A DNA stretch of 64,000 nucleotides from Callorhinchus milii (Eukaryota), in the NCBI RefSeq assembly GCF_018977255.1, contig NW_024704743.1, forward strand, positions 37,450,001-37,514,000. The letters run 5' to 3'. This document shows positions 46,979-60,523 of this stretch, piece by piece (within the stretch, counting starts at the first letter, position 1; every line of letters begins with the position of its first letter). Position numbers and translations under genes: made by a program. Below the pieces are notes generated by a model. The model had not been told where the DNA came from. It saw nothing but the letters and a program-made list of their open reading frames with translations, and did no database searches.

Positions 46979-49562
46979 TTACCCATGTATAGGTGCTAAT
47001 AAATGCACATGCTAATACATATACACTTGCTAATACATATACACATGCTAATATATACACATGGTTATTCATACAAACACATGCAAATACATACACAATA
47101 TTAATACGTACAACTGCTAATACACACAACAGTGCTAATTGTAGAACACCTCGACTTTCTATCTTCATAAAGTGTAAAGAAAGGGCTTTTAGAAACATTG
47201 AAGAGTTCCTTTCAAAGATGCGGATTGTGTATATACAGATTAAGAGGTTGGTAACTGAGTGTACTTCAGACACTGAAGGCTGGCAGGTTGCTTTGTTTAG
47301 TTGCAAATGGAGTAATGAACAGTGCGAGGGGAGGAGGCTGCAGAATGTGAGGTTTACTGTGTAGTCACTATGTGCCAATTCCTGAAATGAATTGTAATGA
47401 GAGTTTAGGGAACACAGAACCCCTTTGCCTGGATTCCAGCCTGTTTGCTTGTCCCCTCTTCCTTTCCCAATTTGTGTTTGGAGAGGTTGGAGGCAAAACT
47501 TAATCTTTTCTGTTTTTAATAGGGACTCACTGTTGAAGCGAAAAGACTGAATTTTATAAGTGGTGTATTGCATTCAGGACTTATAAAATGCGATAAAGTT
47601 AGAATACTGTACAAGGCTGTATGCTCACTCACTAAAATCGCACAGTTTTTTGTTATTGTTAATTACCTTTTGTTATTAATTATATATATGCATTTTGTTA
47701 TTAAATATAAAAAGACAGAAACAATTGTCAGAGTCACCCAGTAAATCTACAATATGGTTTAAAATGGTTATTGCAATGCAGGTAGATCATTAAATAATAG
47801 ACAGTTATGGACAATGTATTTGTATTCTTGACGTTATTACTGGTGGTAATACTTCTATATAATAATAATAAATTCTGTTTAAATGGCTGATTCTGAATGC
47901 AGTTATAAATTCTCACAGGAGTATGAAGAAATGGGTCATTCTGCAGCTCTGATTAGTATTTCTTGACTTTCATAAAATCTTTTTTAAAATCTTAATGAGG
48001 AAAATTATGATCATAAATGCCGATAGTGACATTTAAGGATCACCATAAACCCTGCGCTTTAACAGCCAAATGTAGGATTTATTTTGAATATAAACTCAAA
48101 TATTATTCAGAGTTTATTTATAACTGTGTTCTTCACATTTTGCATAGTCACAGAATAACTCATATAAACAAGTGCTTGGAACTCTGTTTATTTATGGAAA
48201 GGTCAATCAATTGATTAGAAAGACAAGATCTGTCAGTATATAGAAAAGACAGAAAGACAATGCTACATGGATGGAGGAAGGGAAGGATAGTCAGGGGAGA
48301 GATGCATAAGTTAGTAAATACAAAAGGGAACATCTTTTGTGTTCCTATCTCTTCAAGCTTTCTATGATTCAACTTCAATCCCTGAATGGTAAGGTATTTC
48401 TGTTTTTAGTTGAAACGTTTTTCATTTACGGAAAGCAAGTTTGGGTTTTACCACAGATGTTTATTTTTCTCAGCAAATCTCTGTAAGAAATTTCGCCTCT
48501 AATTTCTCTTATCATAATAATCCTTGCATTTGACATAGCACCTTATCAAGTTGTTGTGAAGTCTCCAAGCGCTTCACAGAATATTGTAAAGTGGACTGAC
48601 TGTGTATTTGTGGACAAAACGCGGTACCAATTGCGCACAGCAGTGTCTCACAAACAGTCGTAAATTAGTTCTTAAAGTGGGCTGCATTTTGTAAAAATAA
48701 AAGGTATTGTTAAAATCAGTACACTATGTGATTTCAAGGAATAAGAGATGAGAGTTATTTGAATGATAAATGGAAAGATATTAGTTTGGTACAGAGAGGT
48801 GTGTGGCAAAGACAACATTTCTGGCCTCGCTTTATAAAGTGTTGTCTTTTGTGCATAAATAGTGCCGCTTAATTAAGGTTAACTGAATAACCATACCTTT
48901 TGATTTTTGATTTTATTGATTGTAATAATAATACTCCTGGCATTTGATAGAGCACGTTTCCACATCGTATAAACATCTCAAAGCGCTTCACGGCATTTAC
49001 TGAAGAGTGCAGTGACTGTGCATTTTGAAGGTGAACACCGCAGTCAAAAATACACGGTAGTTTCGAAAAATGTTCATCTCAGATTAGTGACAACTGTGAG
49101 ATATTGTATTGCTGATAGATTGCACTCGTAGAACAGGCTGCAAAATTTTGAAATGCATCCTGTAAAAATGAGTCTCCAGGGACTGTATAGAAACTTGCAT
49201 CCCATTTGATATTCAAGTAAGGACAAGTTGATAGGGTGAGGAAAGATCGGACAGGAATACAGTGAGAGAAGTGGTCGGTGTCAAAACACACTTAAGACTG
49301 CAAGTTTTGAGTGGTTAAAAATTACACCAAATGCCAAGCTCATGCAGTGAATGTGGATGGGAAGGAAACATACAGTGGAATAAATGAATCTTATATAGTT
49401 TACTCCTCTCCTGTTTAACTGAAGCAGCCGGCACCCAACCCAAAGAATTGGACCTTTTTTGCGTTTTCGTAAATTTTATAACTAGATTACATAGCAGCAG
49501 TTTTAAGGTGGGATCGGGTCCGTGCTTTGTTTTCTTTAAACTGGATATTAAGCCGAATAAAG

Positions 49563-50038
49563 ACTGTTAAGGAATGTTAACCACTGTTTCTTATTTATGT
49601 TCTTTAGTTATCCATTGCTTGCTTTAGTCCGATCTCACAAGTGGTGAGAGTAGGGTAGTTAAGCGCTCTGAGACTCTACCCTGTCTGGAGGGTGCCATAT
49701 AGTGCTTGTTGTTGTTATTCGGAAACATTACAGAACTGCCCTAATATCCTTGAAAAATCTAGCCACCAGGAATATTGTATAACATATTGTATCAGCAGAT
49801 GGGGGAAAGATAATAAAGAAGTAAGCAAATTTCCCGGGTATGGCATGTGCTCTTAATGGACATTTATGTAAGTACGTAGTAGTAATATTGGATATTCACC
49901 TTGTACGGCATTTGCTGCTGGTATATTTGGACTTGCTTTGTACTGTTAAGGATTGTTAACCGCTGGTTCTTATTTATGCTCTTTAGTTCTACACTGCTTG
50001 ATCTAGCCCAATCTCACAAGTGGCGAGGGTAGGGCAGT
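49563..50038 (+). repeat. 97-bp direct repeat (49563-49659 / 49942-50038)
   Basis: About 83/97 identity by eye; first copy runs directly into a ~60-bp L2-type tail (49661-49720). Confidence 0.9.
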
Positions 50039-50719
50039 CTAGACCAGAGATTTCAGGTGACCACTGGCAATCCCCCACCACAACTCTCCACGAGTGGCTC
50101 TTACCTTCAGGAGTACTGAAGCAGTTTGTATTATTTTGATATTTTAATAGATGGTGCAGTGGTGCCAACTCAAACTGCTAACAGCATATGCTGTCATGTT
50201 GCTATGTAATTGGTTAAAGTTCACGGTGGGAAGAAGGAATTGTTTAAATGAGGGATGGGGAAGAGGAAGAGAGGGATTAGATAGCGAGGGATTAGAGAAG
50301 CTACAGAGGTAACGAGGACAAGGAGATATCTGTGCATTATAAATAATAATAATCCTTGTATTTGATATAGCGCCTTGTCATATCGTTGAGACATCTCAAA
50401 GCGCTTCACAGAATATACTGTAAAGTGAATTGGGTGAAAGCGGCAGCCAATTGTGCCCAGCAGTGAAAAGTGAAAGACCATGGTAAAACTATGCATAATA
50501 TTTTCATATGATGTGCTTCTTGTGATTATTATGAAACATAAATTTCACTACTATAATTTATCTTCTGTACTCTCAAAGTCAGTCATCTTGGTGGCACGTA
50601 ATAAAGAACCATAGAATATCTTTCACAGCAATTTATTGTGAACAAAATCTATAAATATTAGAGCATAGATATTGAAGGTATACAGCATCACTTGATCAAT
50701 ATTTGTGCACTTCATGTCC

Positions 50720-51010
50720 ATGTTGGGTTAGGCGTAAAACTGAGGTCCCTGATGCTTGCTGCTGTGGATATTAAAGATCTCATAAACTATTCGAAAAGAG
50801 AAGGAAGTTTCTCCCAATGTCCTGGCAAACAATCCTCCAGATTAAAAGCCACTTTGTGGCTGCTTGTGTGACATTTCTGTGCGCGAATTGGCTGCCGTGT
50901 TTGCCTATAAATATTCCATCACTATACTTTATATTAAATCTTGTGAAGACTTTGAGATATGTTGACAATGTGATAAGCTGCTGTATCAAAAGAAAGTGTT
51001 ATTATGCTCT
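50720..51010 (+). mobile_element. Deu-type SINE fragment
   Basis: gtggatattaaagatctc…ctattcgaaaagagaagg…tgtcctggcaaacaatcctcc…attggctgccgtg. Confidence 0.65.
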
Positions 51011-52524
51011 TATCATGATTAGACCCTAACATTTCATCTACTGTTTTTCAATTCTACCAGGACCCACAAAATGCTTAAACAATTTTTAAAAAAAAACGTT
51101 TTTGCATTAGAGGAAGTGTAGACTATGTAAAATATATAACAAAGTGCTAAGCACAAGGGAACAATTCAATTGAACCTTTCTGCCTCTAACATCTGAAGTA
51201 CTTGACTGAATTACTGATTACATTACCCTTATTTATCCTGAAGTTACTACACTAATGATCTGATTGCATTTTCTTATGTTTGCTGGGGAAGACATGGTTC
51301 AGAGAGCCAGCATGGATACAGTGGACCGAGTGAACCAATTACATGGTCTCCTATGCTGTAAAATTCATGATTCTCTGATAACAGTACATCACAGGATTGC
51401 ATTAATTGACGACAGTGTGTTACCTTGGATATTAAATTAATTTAGGAACCTCCTACCTCATGTGCTGCAAACATATGGTGAATGAAAGAGATTTACTAAG
51501 AAATTAATTTGATAGGAAGTTGATTTTCAGGAACCATTTGTTTTCATTTGTTTTACACTATTAATAGCTTCCCGTCTATTAATATTTTCGATTGCGTCTT
51601 GTGAGCTGCTCTCATCATTCTTCCAGAGGTAAGCAGGCATTTCTCAGAGATCTCACAGAGCTATTTCAGTTTCAGGTGTAACTACTTCAGCAAGGGAGTC
51701 ATGAAGCTCATATAATACGCTTCATTATAATGTGGGTTCACTTATTGTCATTTCAACAAATCTCTGCACTACTTCTGTTAACTCAATGTCTTTGCTAAAT
51801 TGGGATGACCACAACTGGTCATAATATTCTAACTGTGCTCTAACCAACACTTTATATGTTTGCATTACCTGTTTCATTTTACTGTATATTCTATACCCCT
51901 ATCTATACCCCAGTTTTGTCCATCTGCCTAGCCTCCTTTAACGATTTATGCACGTTAACCCTTTTGTCCCTCTGCTCTTACTCCCTTTAATATTTACTGC
52001 CTAACAAATATAGTACTTGCTCTCCTCATTCTTCCTCCCAAAATATATAACCTCCCATTTGTCTATGTTACATTTCATTAGTATCATTTGTATTCTTTTC
52101 TATTCTGTGAATAATATTCTTGACTTTGTGACTAAGAAGCAATTTTTTTCATTGTTGAAACGGTTTTATGCTCATTATTATTAGAAATGCAAAGAGCAGT
52201 GAATGATACCTCAGTCTCCCCTGAGAGGATGAATACAGATGGATTGAGTCTAAAATCAATAACAGGAGAATTCAGTCTGACTGTCTAAGACTGAAATATA
52301 ATTATCCTTGCATTTAATACAGTGACTTAACACGTCTTTGAAATGTCTTAAAGCCCTTCACAGGAATCCCCTCTTCGTTGCTCTGCGTTCTCTCTGGTAG
52401 CTTCTGTATTGCTACGTTTGTCTAGCCTCAGTTTTGAACTTGACCATAAATTTAAAAGTATGGAATTTTCATCATGTAAACCTCCAGCCCTTCACTGCCC
52501 CCACCTGCCAACCCTAAACCAACC

Positions 52525-52720
52525 CGTTGACGGTGGAAGCAGAAAGTGTTGATTGTTTCAAGAACAAATTAGATAGATTTCTGTTAAGAAATAATATCTC
52601 AGGATACAATATATAGTTTGGGACATGACATGTGCACTTGACTGCCAGGATGGTGGAAGGCAAACTGGATGAACCTTGGTCTTCCTTCATCTAGCAAATT
52701 TTAACGTTGTTATGCTCTTA
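52525..52720 (+). mobile_element. CR1 3' end
   Basis: Matches the 3' end of the CR1 at 16100-16715. Confidence 0.7.
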
Positions 52721-53719
52721 TATGCTCCTCACACATCAGGGTTCCACTTGCACTTTCATTCACCATCATTGTCACCAGGGCACAGTGTTTCTCTCCAGTT
52801 GTATCAGAATGGACCAGTGCACATTTTATTGGGATCCAATTGCCATAAGATCTATGGGAATCTGATGGAGCTAAAAATGACCTTGCGGTCAGCTCCAGTG
52901 TGTGTGCTGAGCTGGGCACTGAAGCGAATGAGCTGTAATTCATCTCCTCCTTTCATGAGATAGAAAAATTGCAGACTTGATATATTTTACTATTTCTTTT
53001 AGAGATTTTTACTGATTCTTGACTGACTAAACAGAGGGACGTTCTCCCGACGTAAAAAGCGCTTTAAAAATGTAATTCTGTTGTTGTTGTAGTCTGTTTT
53101 TACTGACTGTGCTGATAATTGACAATTGCTCCTTCCTCTCCATTTAGTTCTCCACTGCGCTTTTAGCCCGTACGGTGTGGTTAATGTCTCATTCAAGCCC
53201 TTTCCCAGTGAGCAACTGGTTGATGTTCATCTCCCAAATCAAGAACTGATGAAACGGCTCTGTACATGCAAAGGTGAAGCTCAAATGAAAGTGAAGCTAG
53301 AATTTGAACCACAATGTTTCTAAATGGATGTCCAGAATATTCCCCAGGCACACTGCCATAATCCATAATCCATAACCTTCAATAGAACAGGCATTAGTTA
53401 TGGTTTCCTTATGAACAGACAGATCATACACACGCACAGATATATTGCTATTATGTGTAGAATCTTATGTTAATTTGTTTCCTTATAGAATGGTGGCAAA
53501 TGTAAACTACCTAACTAGCCCAGGTAAGAGCTGACATTCTGCGGCAGTGTTTTGTTGTGGTGCATTATCACAGATTCTGTTAATGAGATCTAATACATAC
53601 AAAATATTTGAATCCATTAGGGTTGGACATTCTCAACAAATTACTATTGCTGCTCATTTGTGCTGAAATTCCAGGATTTTCCCATTTTAATTCTGCCAGG
53701 TTGTTCCTCCTAGGTTGGG

Positions 53720-54030
53720 TCCACTGGTTGGGGAATCTGTAATCAGGGGACATAAATATAAGATACAAAGTATGGGATTTAAAAGAGAATTTAGAAGGAA
53801 TGACTTCACACAGAGGGTAGTGAGATTGTGCAACTCGCTGCCTGAGGTGGTGGTTGAATCAGATAGCATAGATGCATTCAAGAGGAAGCTAATCCTTCAT
53901 TTGAGGGAACAAGGAATAGAAGGGTATGGGAAGGAATAAGGAATGGGTGAAGACTTGTGTGGAGTATGCACACTGGCACGGACTGGTTGGGCCTAGTGGC
54001 CTGTTTCCAAGCTGTACATTTTTGTAATCT
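53720..54030 (+). mobile_element. CR1 3' end
   Basis: RGHKYKI…RRNDFTQRVVRLCNSLPEVVVESDSIDAFKRKL…GIEGYG. Confidence 0.88.
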
Positions 54031-54689
54031 TTACAATCACGCAATGCCAAAGCTGCTGCAAATAGCAATGAGCTAGCTTCAGCTTTGAGACTGTGGTGGG
54101 TGATTTGTGCTTATCCCATACATTTGGACACATATCTATAGACTGAGCATAGTGGAATTTGGGGGATTTATTGTACCAGATGAAAATTGAGCTTTGATTC
54201 CCCTCCCCCACCCCCACCCAAAGTGTCAGTTTTTATGACAATGTTTTGTGATTTTGTTGTGTAAGTGAATAGAGATTTTCCTGAATCTAGGATTGCTTGC
54301 TTGCACTGCAGTGATTGACATGGGTGTATGTGAGATTTCAGGCTCCATTGGCTCCATCAAGTATGTGTTGCAGTGTTCCTGAGGCCCACAGAATTGCTAA
54401 ATCAACCCAGAATTATTCATTGGAATGGAGATATTTGATATCATAGAGCACATATCAGGAGCAGCATTCCTTGGAGCCTGAAGCATCCCTTTCTGGAGAT
54501 CTAAAGCATTCATAATACATGATATCTGGAAGGCATATTGAGAAATTCAGAGCATTACAGACTGAAATGAGGAAGCTTTTCATTAAGGAAATGGAGCTGG
54601 GAACTTGCATCAGAGATTACGAGTAACCAATTGATCCACAAGGAGGAGGTAGGGTTAGGAGCTCATCCTTGCTTGTTGGCGACTATTCT

Positions 54690-55147
54690 CCTTGTGGGAG
54701 GTAAGTTGAGTCTCCTTAGAGCTGAGCTGGCTCCAAGATAACATGCTTGGCAAAGTAACATAAGAATTGAGTCAACTCTCTGTGGCGATCGTGGTAGTCC
54801 GCTTCTTGAGCTTCGGACCAGTCAATGTGGACAGGGAATCTTTCCACTTGGACCCTGTTAGCTCAGCAAGATAATGCTCTAACAGGTAAGGTGCTCCTAG
54901 CTAGACAAACAGCAGAAAGCTTGCCAGACAGTGATATCAATGGCAAGCTATGCAGTTTTTTAACTGGTTAAGCTACATCAGTACCCCAACACACTCTAGG
55001 ATCCCCAAGTCTCGGTTCTTGCCAATCTGCACCTAATACTCACCAGAATTAGGTAAGCATACATATATGGAACTCTGTCTAGTTTGGATACTCTTAAGAA
55101 TGGTGATGGGTTTCCACACGTGTCAGACATCAGTCTGACCAAAAAAA
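54690..55147 (+). repeat. Family X copy with terminal hairpin and A tail
   Basis: Ends GTCAGAC-atca-GTCTGAC-C-A7 (55122-55147); body matches the other copies. Confidence 0.75.
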
Positions 55148-58100
55148 TGTTAATTTGTAAGCCTAGAAAGTGAGTGCTGGCAACCTGTCTCAAATGATGT
55201 TGCACTTTCTCACAGAATGTATTGTATATTAATAAGGAGTAGTAACACAAGCTGATTTATTTTCATTCCCCACATTAACCAACTCGTGGCTTGGTCCACC
55301 ACTGTGTGTGGGACATTGCTTTGCGGCAACAGGCTGCCACGTTACGCCCACAAAATACACAGACATTGCACTTTACAGTGTATCCTGTGAAGTGCCTTGA
55401 GAAGACAATGTCATAAAGAGCTATATCAAATGCAAGGATTATTATTATTATTATCAATGTGCTGAACTGCGGCATGCCTCTTGCAATGTTAGCTAAGCTC
55501 AGACAACAGCACAGGCTGGGGATTAGGAAGGCTCACTGCCACATTGAGCAGGGTTCTTAGCAACCCAGCTATTGGAAATCATCACTTGGTAACATCCTGA
55601 TCTGAGAGTAAGATTCTGATCCCAGAGTAAGATCCTGATCTGAGATCACCAATAATTAAAATCTGAATCAACAGGAACACTTTGCTGAAGAGCACCAAAT
55701 ACTGTAATAAGGAGAAATCATGATGAATTATCATCTTTGTCCCTGCTTTTGATAATATGAGAATTTGAGAAGTTACTTTAGGCGGGTGACCGGCCATAAC
55801 AATTTGTGACTAATTATGATCAGATAAGCATTTAGATATTATAGGGCTGGAGCTCTGCTCTTATTACAGTAAGTATATTTACAATATTTCTTTACATGCT
55901 TTCTTAACCAGGGATCTTGGTAGAATTCTTGTTGACCCACCAGGAAATCCGTTCCAGAAGTTTTTTTTATCAGAGAGAAGTTCCTGCAATCGGAACAATG
56001 GATTGGGAAAATCCCACTGTACGATATTTCTTCTACTAGATAGGAGCTCTGACAGAATTGGATTAGCCTGGTTCAGTTAATAGCACTGTCACTTCTAAAT
56101 CATAAGGTTGAGAGTTCAAGCATCACATCAGGAACTCATAGTCTAGGCTGACCTCCAATGTAGTGCGGAGGTGGTGGGGGCAGATGCTGTCCTTTCAGTT
56201 AAACTGCGATCCAGTCTGACTGGTGTTAAGTGGACATTAAACCTTTAATCAACAACAACAAATATAGCTCCCCTCACACAGAGTACCGACTCAGAGCACT
56301 TGAATTTAGTCTCTGTTTCTTTCTCTATTCACAAAGATAAAGGTGTCCTCCTGGTTGTTTGTAGGACATTTCTGTGTGTAAATTGGCTGCCATGTTGGCC
56401 TACAAATGATAATAATAATCCTTGTACTTGATATAGAGCCAAATCACATTGCCAAGATGTCTCATAGTGCTTCACAGGGTAAACTGTAAAATGAAGTGAC
56501 TGTGGATTTTGTGGCCGAATGCAGCAAATACATGGTCACTACACATTTTGTGTGCCTGTCTGTGTGTGGGTGTGTCTGTATCGTCAATACATGTTTGTAC
56601 AAAAAAACAACGACCAAAGTCATGGCTGTTCTCAAACTTGTGGCGACTTGGGAATTGATCACTTTCCCCCAATGTATCTGCGAATGATGCCTGCTCCATC
56701 CCTTGAGCCTCCAACACCACACACTGAATTCCCCCCTGTTCTGGATGCTAAATTGATTTAATGGAACTTTTTTCATTTTAATTGTTTCCTTATGTGGGCA
56801 TGCGCAGCATGTGCAAAACCACAAAAGCATGACCGTGGAGTTGGACCACTGCTCACAGACAGTAAGCGCAGGCCAGTGTCATTCAGTCTGCCTATGGATT
56901 CAATTCAAATTGCTGGAACATGTGGAGAAAGTGAGATGAAGCGACAAGGCCTGATTAAAAGAATAGATACAATGGAAGAAACTAATCTGTCTATTTTGGT
57001 TCCTAAAATAGCCAGGAATCACCAAGGTGCAACTGGCATATATGAAAAATAAATTAACAGGGGAAAAGCATGAATTAATTTAGGAAAGTAATTTATAGCA
57101 AAATATGATGAGTGTTTAACGCTGTCATGCACTAATTGATGAGTCACAGCCATTTAATAGAAATAATCTGCAACTGTAATTGTATAATAGAAACTGTAAG
57201 ATTAAAGGTATACAGTCCTCACTGTAGTGATGAAAGAGAGCAAATTAACATGCTTTTAAATGTCGGTGTCTCTCTAGCCATTGTTTCATTAAAAAATAAT
57301 AATTTAGACTCCATTAATGTAGCAGTAGCCTGTGCCAGATGGTTATAGTGGCTGATTGGGTTGGTTTCTTTAATGCAATTTAAGGTTTGCTATGGTCTCC
57401 TTGATCATTTTGATTGCCACAATCACCTGATTTGTGAGTGGACTTGACCTGTAGCTGTATATTCAATGTGACAGAGGAAACTGAATGACCCGGGCTAATA
57501 CAATACTCCGAAAGGGAATGCTGACCTGAACGAACGAGGTTCTGGCTATATCAAATGCAAGGATTATTATTATTATTAACCACTTTTACATTGCATGTAT
57601 TACACTGGACACGTCAATGATCCACAACACAATGGATTTGGTGTAAAACACAGAAGCATTATGTCAAGTTTTTTAATTTTCATTTAAAAGTAGGGTATTC
57701 CATTGTCTATGGTATGAGTCAATGCCATACACTGTTACTTGCATCGCTATATGGATGCACTCAAATGAGAAGCTTGCCTCATACATTACAAAATAAGGAG
57801 TAAAAGTTTTGTTGATACAAAACAACATAGAGAAAAAAATTAATGTCAAAATTTGGATTCTGTTGATATTTTAGGTTGGTCCTTTATTTCAGTCACTACG
57901 CCCCAAAAGTCTGGATCTTCCGCTTTGCCCTCTCTTTGCCCATCTTCAAATCACACCTGAAGATTTTCCTTGACCGTGCCTTTGGTTAACTCCCATCCCT
58001 TTCCAGCTCGGTGTTAATCCACACTGCTGTTAAATGCTCCGAGACATCACTTGCGTGAATGGCACTATATAAATGCAAGTTGTTGCTTGGTCACCTCCTG

Positions 58101-58389
58101 TTTCTCCCCAGCTTGGTGTCAAATGACACCATTGTCAAGGCTCCAAAATGGTATTCCACGTGAAGGGCCAAATATAAATGAGTTATTGTTTTCCTTTTGT
58201 CCTCCACTTCCTTTCCACTCACCACCAAGAATCATAAACAAAAATGGGATAATAAAAGCAGCAGTGCATGTTTTTTTCATAGACCTGAATATCTTGACTG
58301 GAATATACTTTCGCAGAAAGGCTCCATTTGCTCCTTCACAAAATAGAGCTTTGCTGAATACCCTGGGCCTGAATGGTTTAAAGCCTTCC

Positions 58390-59438
58390 TTCAAGGCTCT
58401 GCCTTGGACTCCTCCTCTTCAATATCTCTTGGTGACATCATCCGTAGACATGGGGTCAACTTCCACCTGTATCCGGATGATACCCAACTCTACCTCTCCG
58501 CCTCCACCCTTGACTCCAGGACCACTGCTGTCCTGACAGAATGTCTGTCAGACATCAAGTCCTGGATGAGAGCTAACTTTCTACAGTTGAACGTCAACAA
58601 GACCGAGGCTCTCCTGATTGGCTCCTGTCAGCGCCTCCTCACCTCAGGCGCTGACAGCATCACCATCCATGGTTACACACTCCACCTTACTAAGCCAGTC
58701 CGGAACCTTGGGGTCTTGTTTGTCTCAACTATCCTTTCTACCCCACATCGGTGCCATGATCCCCCACCTCCGCAATATCGCCCGACTCTGCCACTGTCTC
58801 ATACTGCAGGCCGCTGAGACCCTCATGTATGCATTCATAATATCCAGGCTTGACTATACAAACTCCTTGCTTGTCGGCCTCCCCGCCTCCTCCCTCCACA
58901 GGCTGCAGATCATCCAGAACTCTGCAGCCCGTGTCCTCTCTTGCACTAGGCTCCGCGACCCTATCACCACCACCCCCCCCCACCCTCGCCCGATTCCACT
59001 GGCTTCCCATCACACAGAGGATACAGTTCAAGATCCTGGTCCTCACCTTCAAAGCCCTCCATGGTCTTGCTCCCCCCTACCTCTGCAACCTCCTAACCCC
59101 CTGTCATCCTGCCCGCTCTGTCCTCTCAGTGGGCTCCGGCCTGCTTCACGTCCTCCACCTCGCCTGCGCCACCATTGGCCTTCTGCCACTCTGCCCCCAC
59201 TCTCTGGAACTCCATCGCGCAGTCCCTCCACCTCGCCCCTCCCTTGCCACCTTCAAGACCCATCTCAAGACCCTCCTCTTTGACTGCTCCTTTGATTACT
59301 CTTCTTCCCCCACTGCCCTCCATCTTCCACCCTCCCCGATCCCGACCCCAGCTTGGGTCTGAAACACTGACTGTCCAGCGCCTTGGGACGTCCTCCCGAT
59401 GTGAAAAGCGCGATACAAATGTAATGTTGTTGTTGTTG
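58390..59438 (+). mobile_element. L2 LINE 3' ~1 kb, relatively young
   Basis: [53 protein letters not shown]; hairpin tail and (TTG)n; frameshifted. Confidence 0.93.
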
Positions 59439-60523
59439 TCCCTGGGGTAGATTTATCTCCCACAGCAGTAGCTTCGGTTCGAATCTTTTGAACTGAACAT
59501 ATACAGTGAGTTCTGTCAGAAAGTTGTTTATCATGGATTGGTGCTCCTGTAGTCTGAGTGTTAATCAAAGCTGGTTAAATGAAGCCATTTGCAGAGATGC
59601 ATCAGCAGTGATTGGCTGTAAACAGGCTGCTTAGGGAACTGGAAGTAGTTATTTTACAGACGATCGGAATGGAAGGACTGTTTAAATTTAGCAAGAAATA
59701 TTGCGGTTGAAGTGTATTGCTTTGTGTGCACACCTACACAAAGCAGCAGGTGTATAGTATGTAGTAGGTGTATCCTGTACCAGTGACCAGCTGAAAAACA
59801 GTTCATTTGCTACTTCTTGTTCCAGACCTTCATCTCCAGCAGTGTACGAGGTGATGATTCCAGTCGGACGGTAGGAAGCATTTCTTCACACAGAAGGTAG
59901 TGGAAGATATCAGAAACACATTTCCAAGCGAGATTGTTTGTGCAAATAATATTCATTCGTTCAAGAAAGATCTAGTGAGATTTCTCGGGGAAAAGCGGAT
60001 CGTCAGTTACAGATAGGGAGCTTAACAGTGTAACGCTGACATTGCTGATATAATTCTTAGAATAATAATCATCCTTTGAGATAGCACTATATCACATTGT
60101 CAAAACACCTCAATGTGCTTAACACAATTTTTATTGTAAAGTGTAGTTAGCATGTATTGGAAGGCAAAAGTGACAGCCAATTTGCATATAGCAATATCCC
60201 ACAAACAGCTATTAAGTAAATGATTAATTTATCTGGGGATTGTAGGCCAGGACAAGGGAGGAATTCCCTTCACTTTTCAAACAGTGTCTGTTGAGGTGGA
60301 GAGAATCCAAGGTCATGTCCGCTTTGCTCCACTGCCTTGGAGAATCAAGAAGCAATTTTCTAGTGACAGATAGGTTCTTTTTTTTATCTTAAGTGGAGGG
60401 TGGAAACTGGGTAGGTGACCCAAGGAGAGATATGTATTAGAGGATTGGATGTAAGGTGGAATGGGGGCTATGCCAGGACTGAACTTGATGGGGCTCTGGG
60501 CCTTTTTCAACTCTTTTCTACAT

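Noticed and set aside
46539..47573. His/Cys/Met-rich ORFs in all six frames and the 210-aa minus ORF
   Set aside because: Translation of a stop-free 16-bp repeat and its decayed flank; not a metal-binding protein.
48358..48388. Possible micro-exon ending ATG|GTAAGG
   Set aside because: Good donor but weak aag acceptor and no supporting evidence.
55595..55648. Three copies of a ~19-bp unit (gatcctgatctgagagtaa)
   Set aside because: Ordinary short tandem duplication with no further structure.
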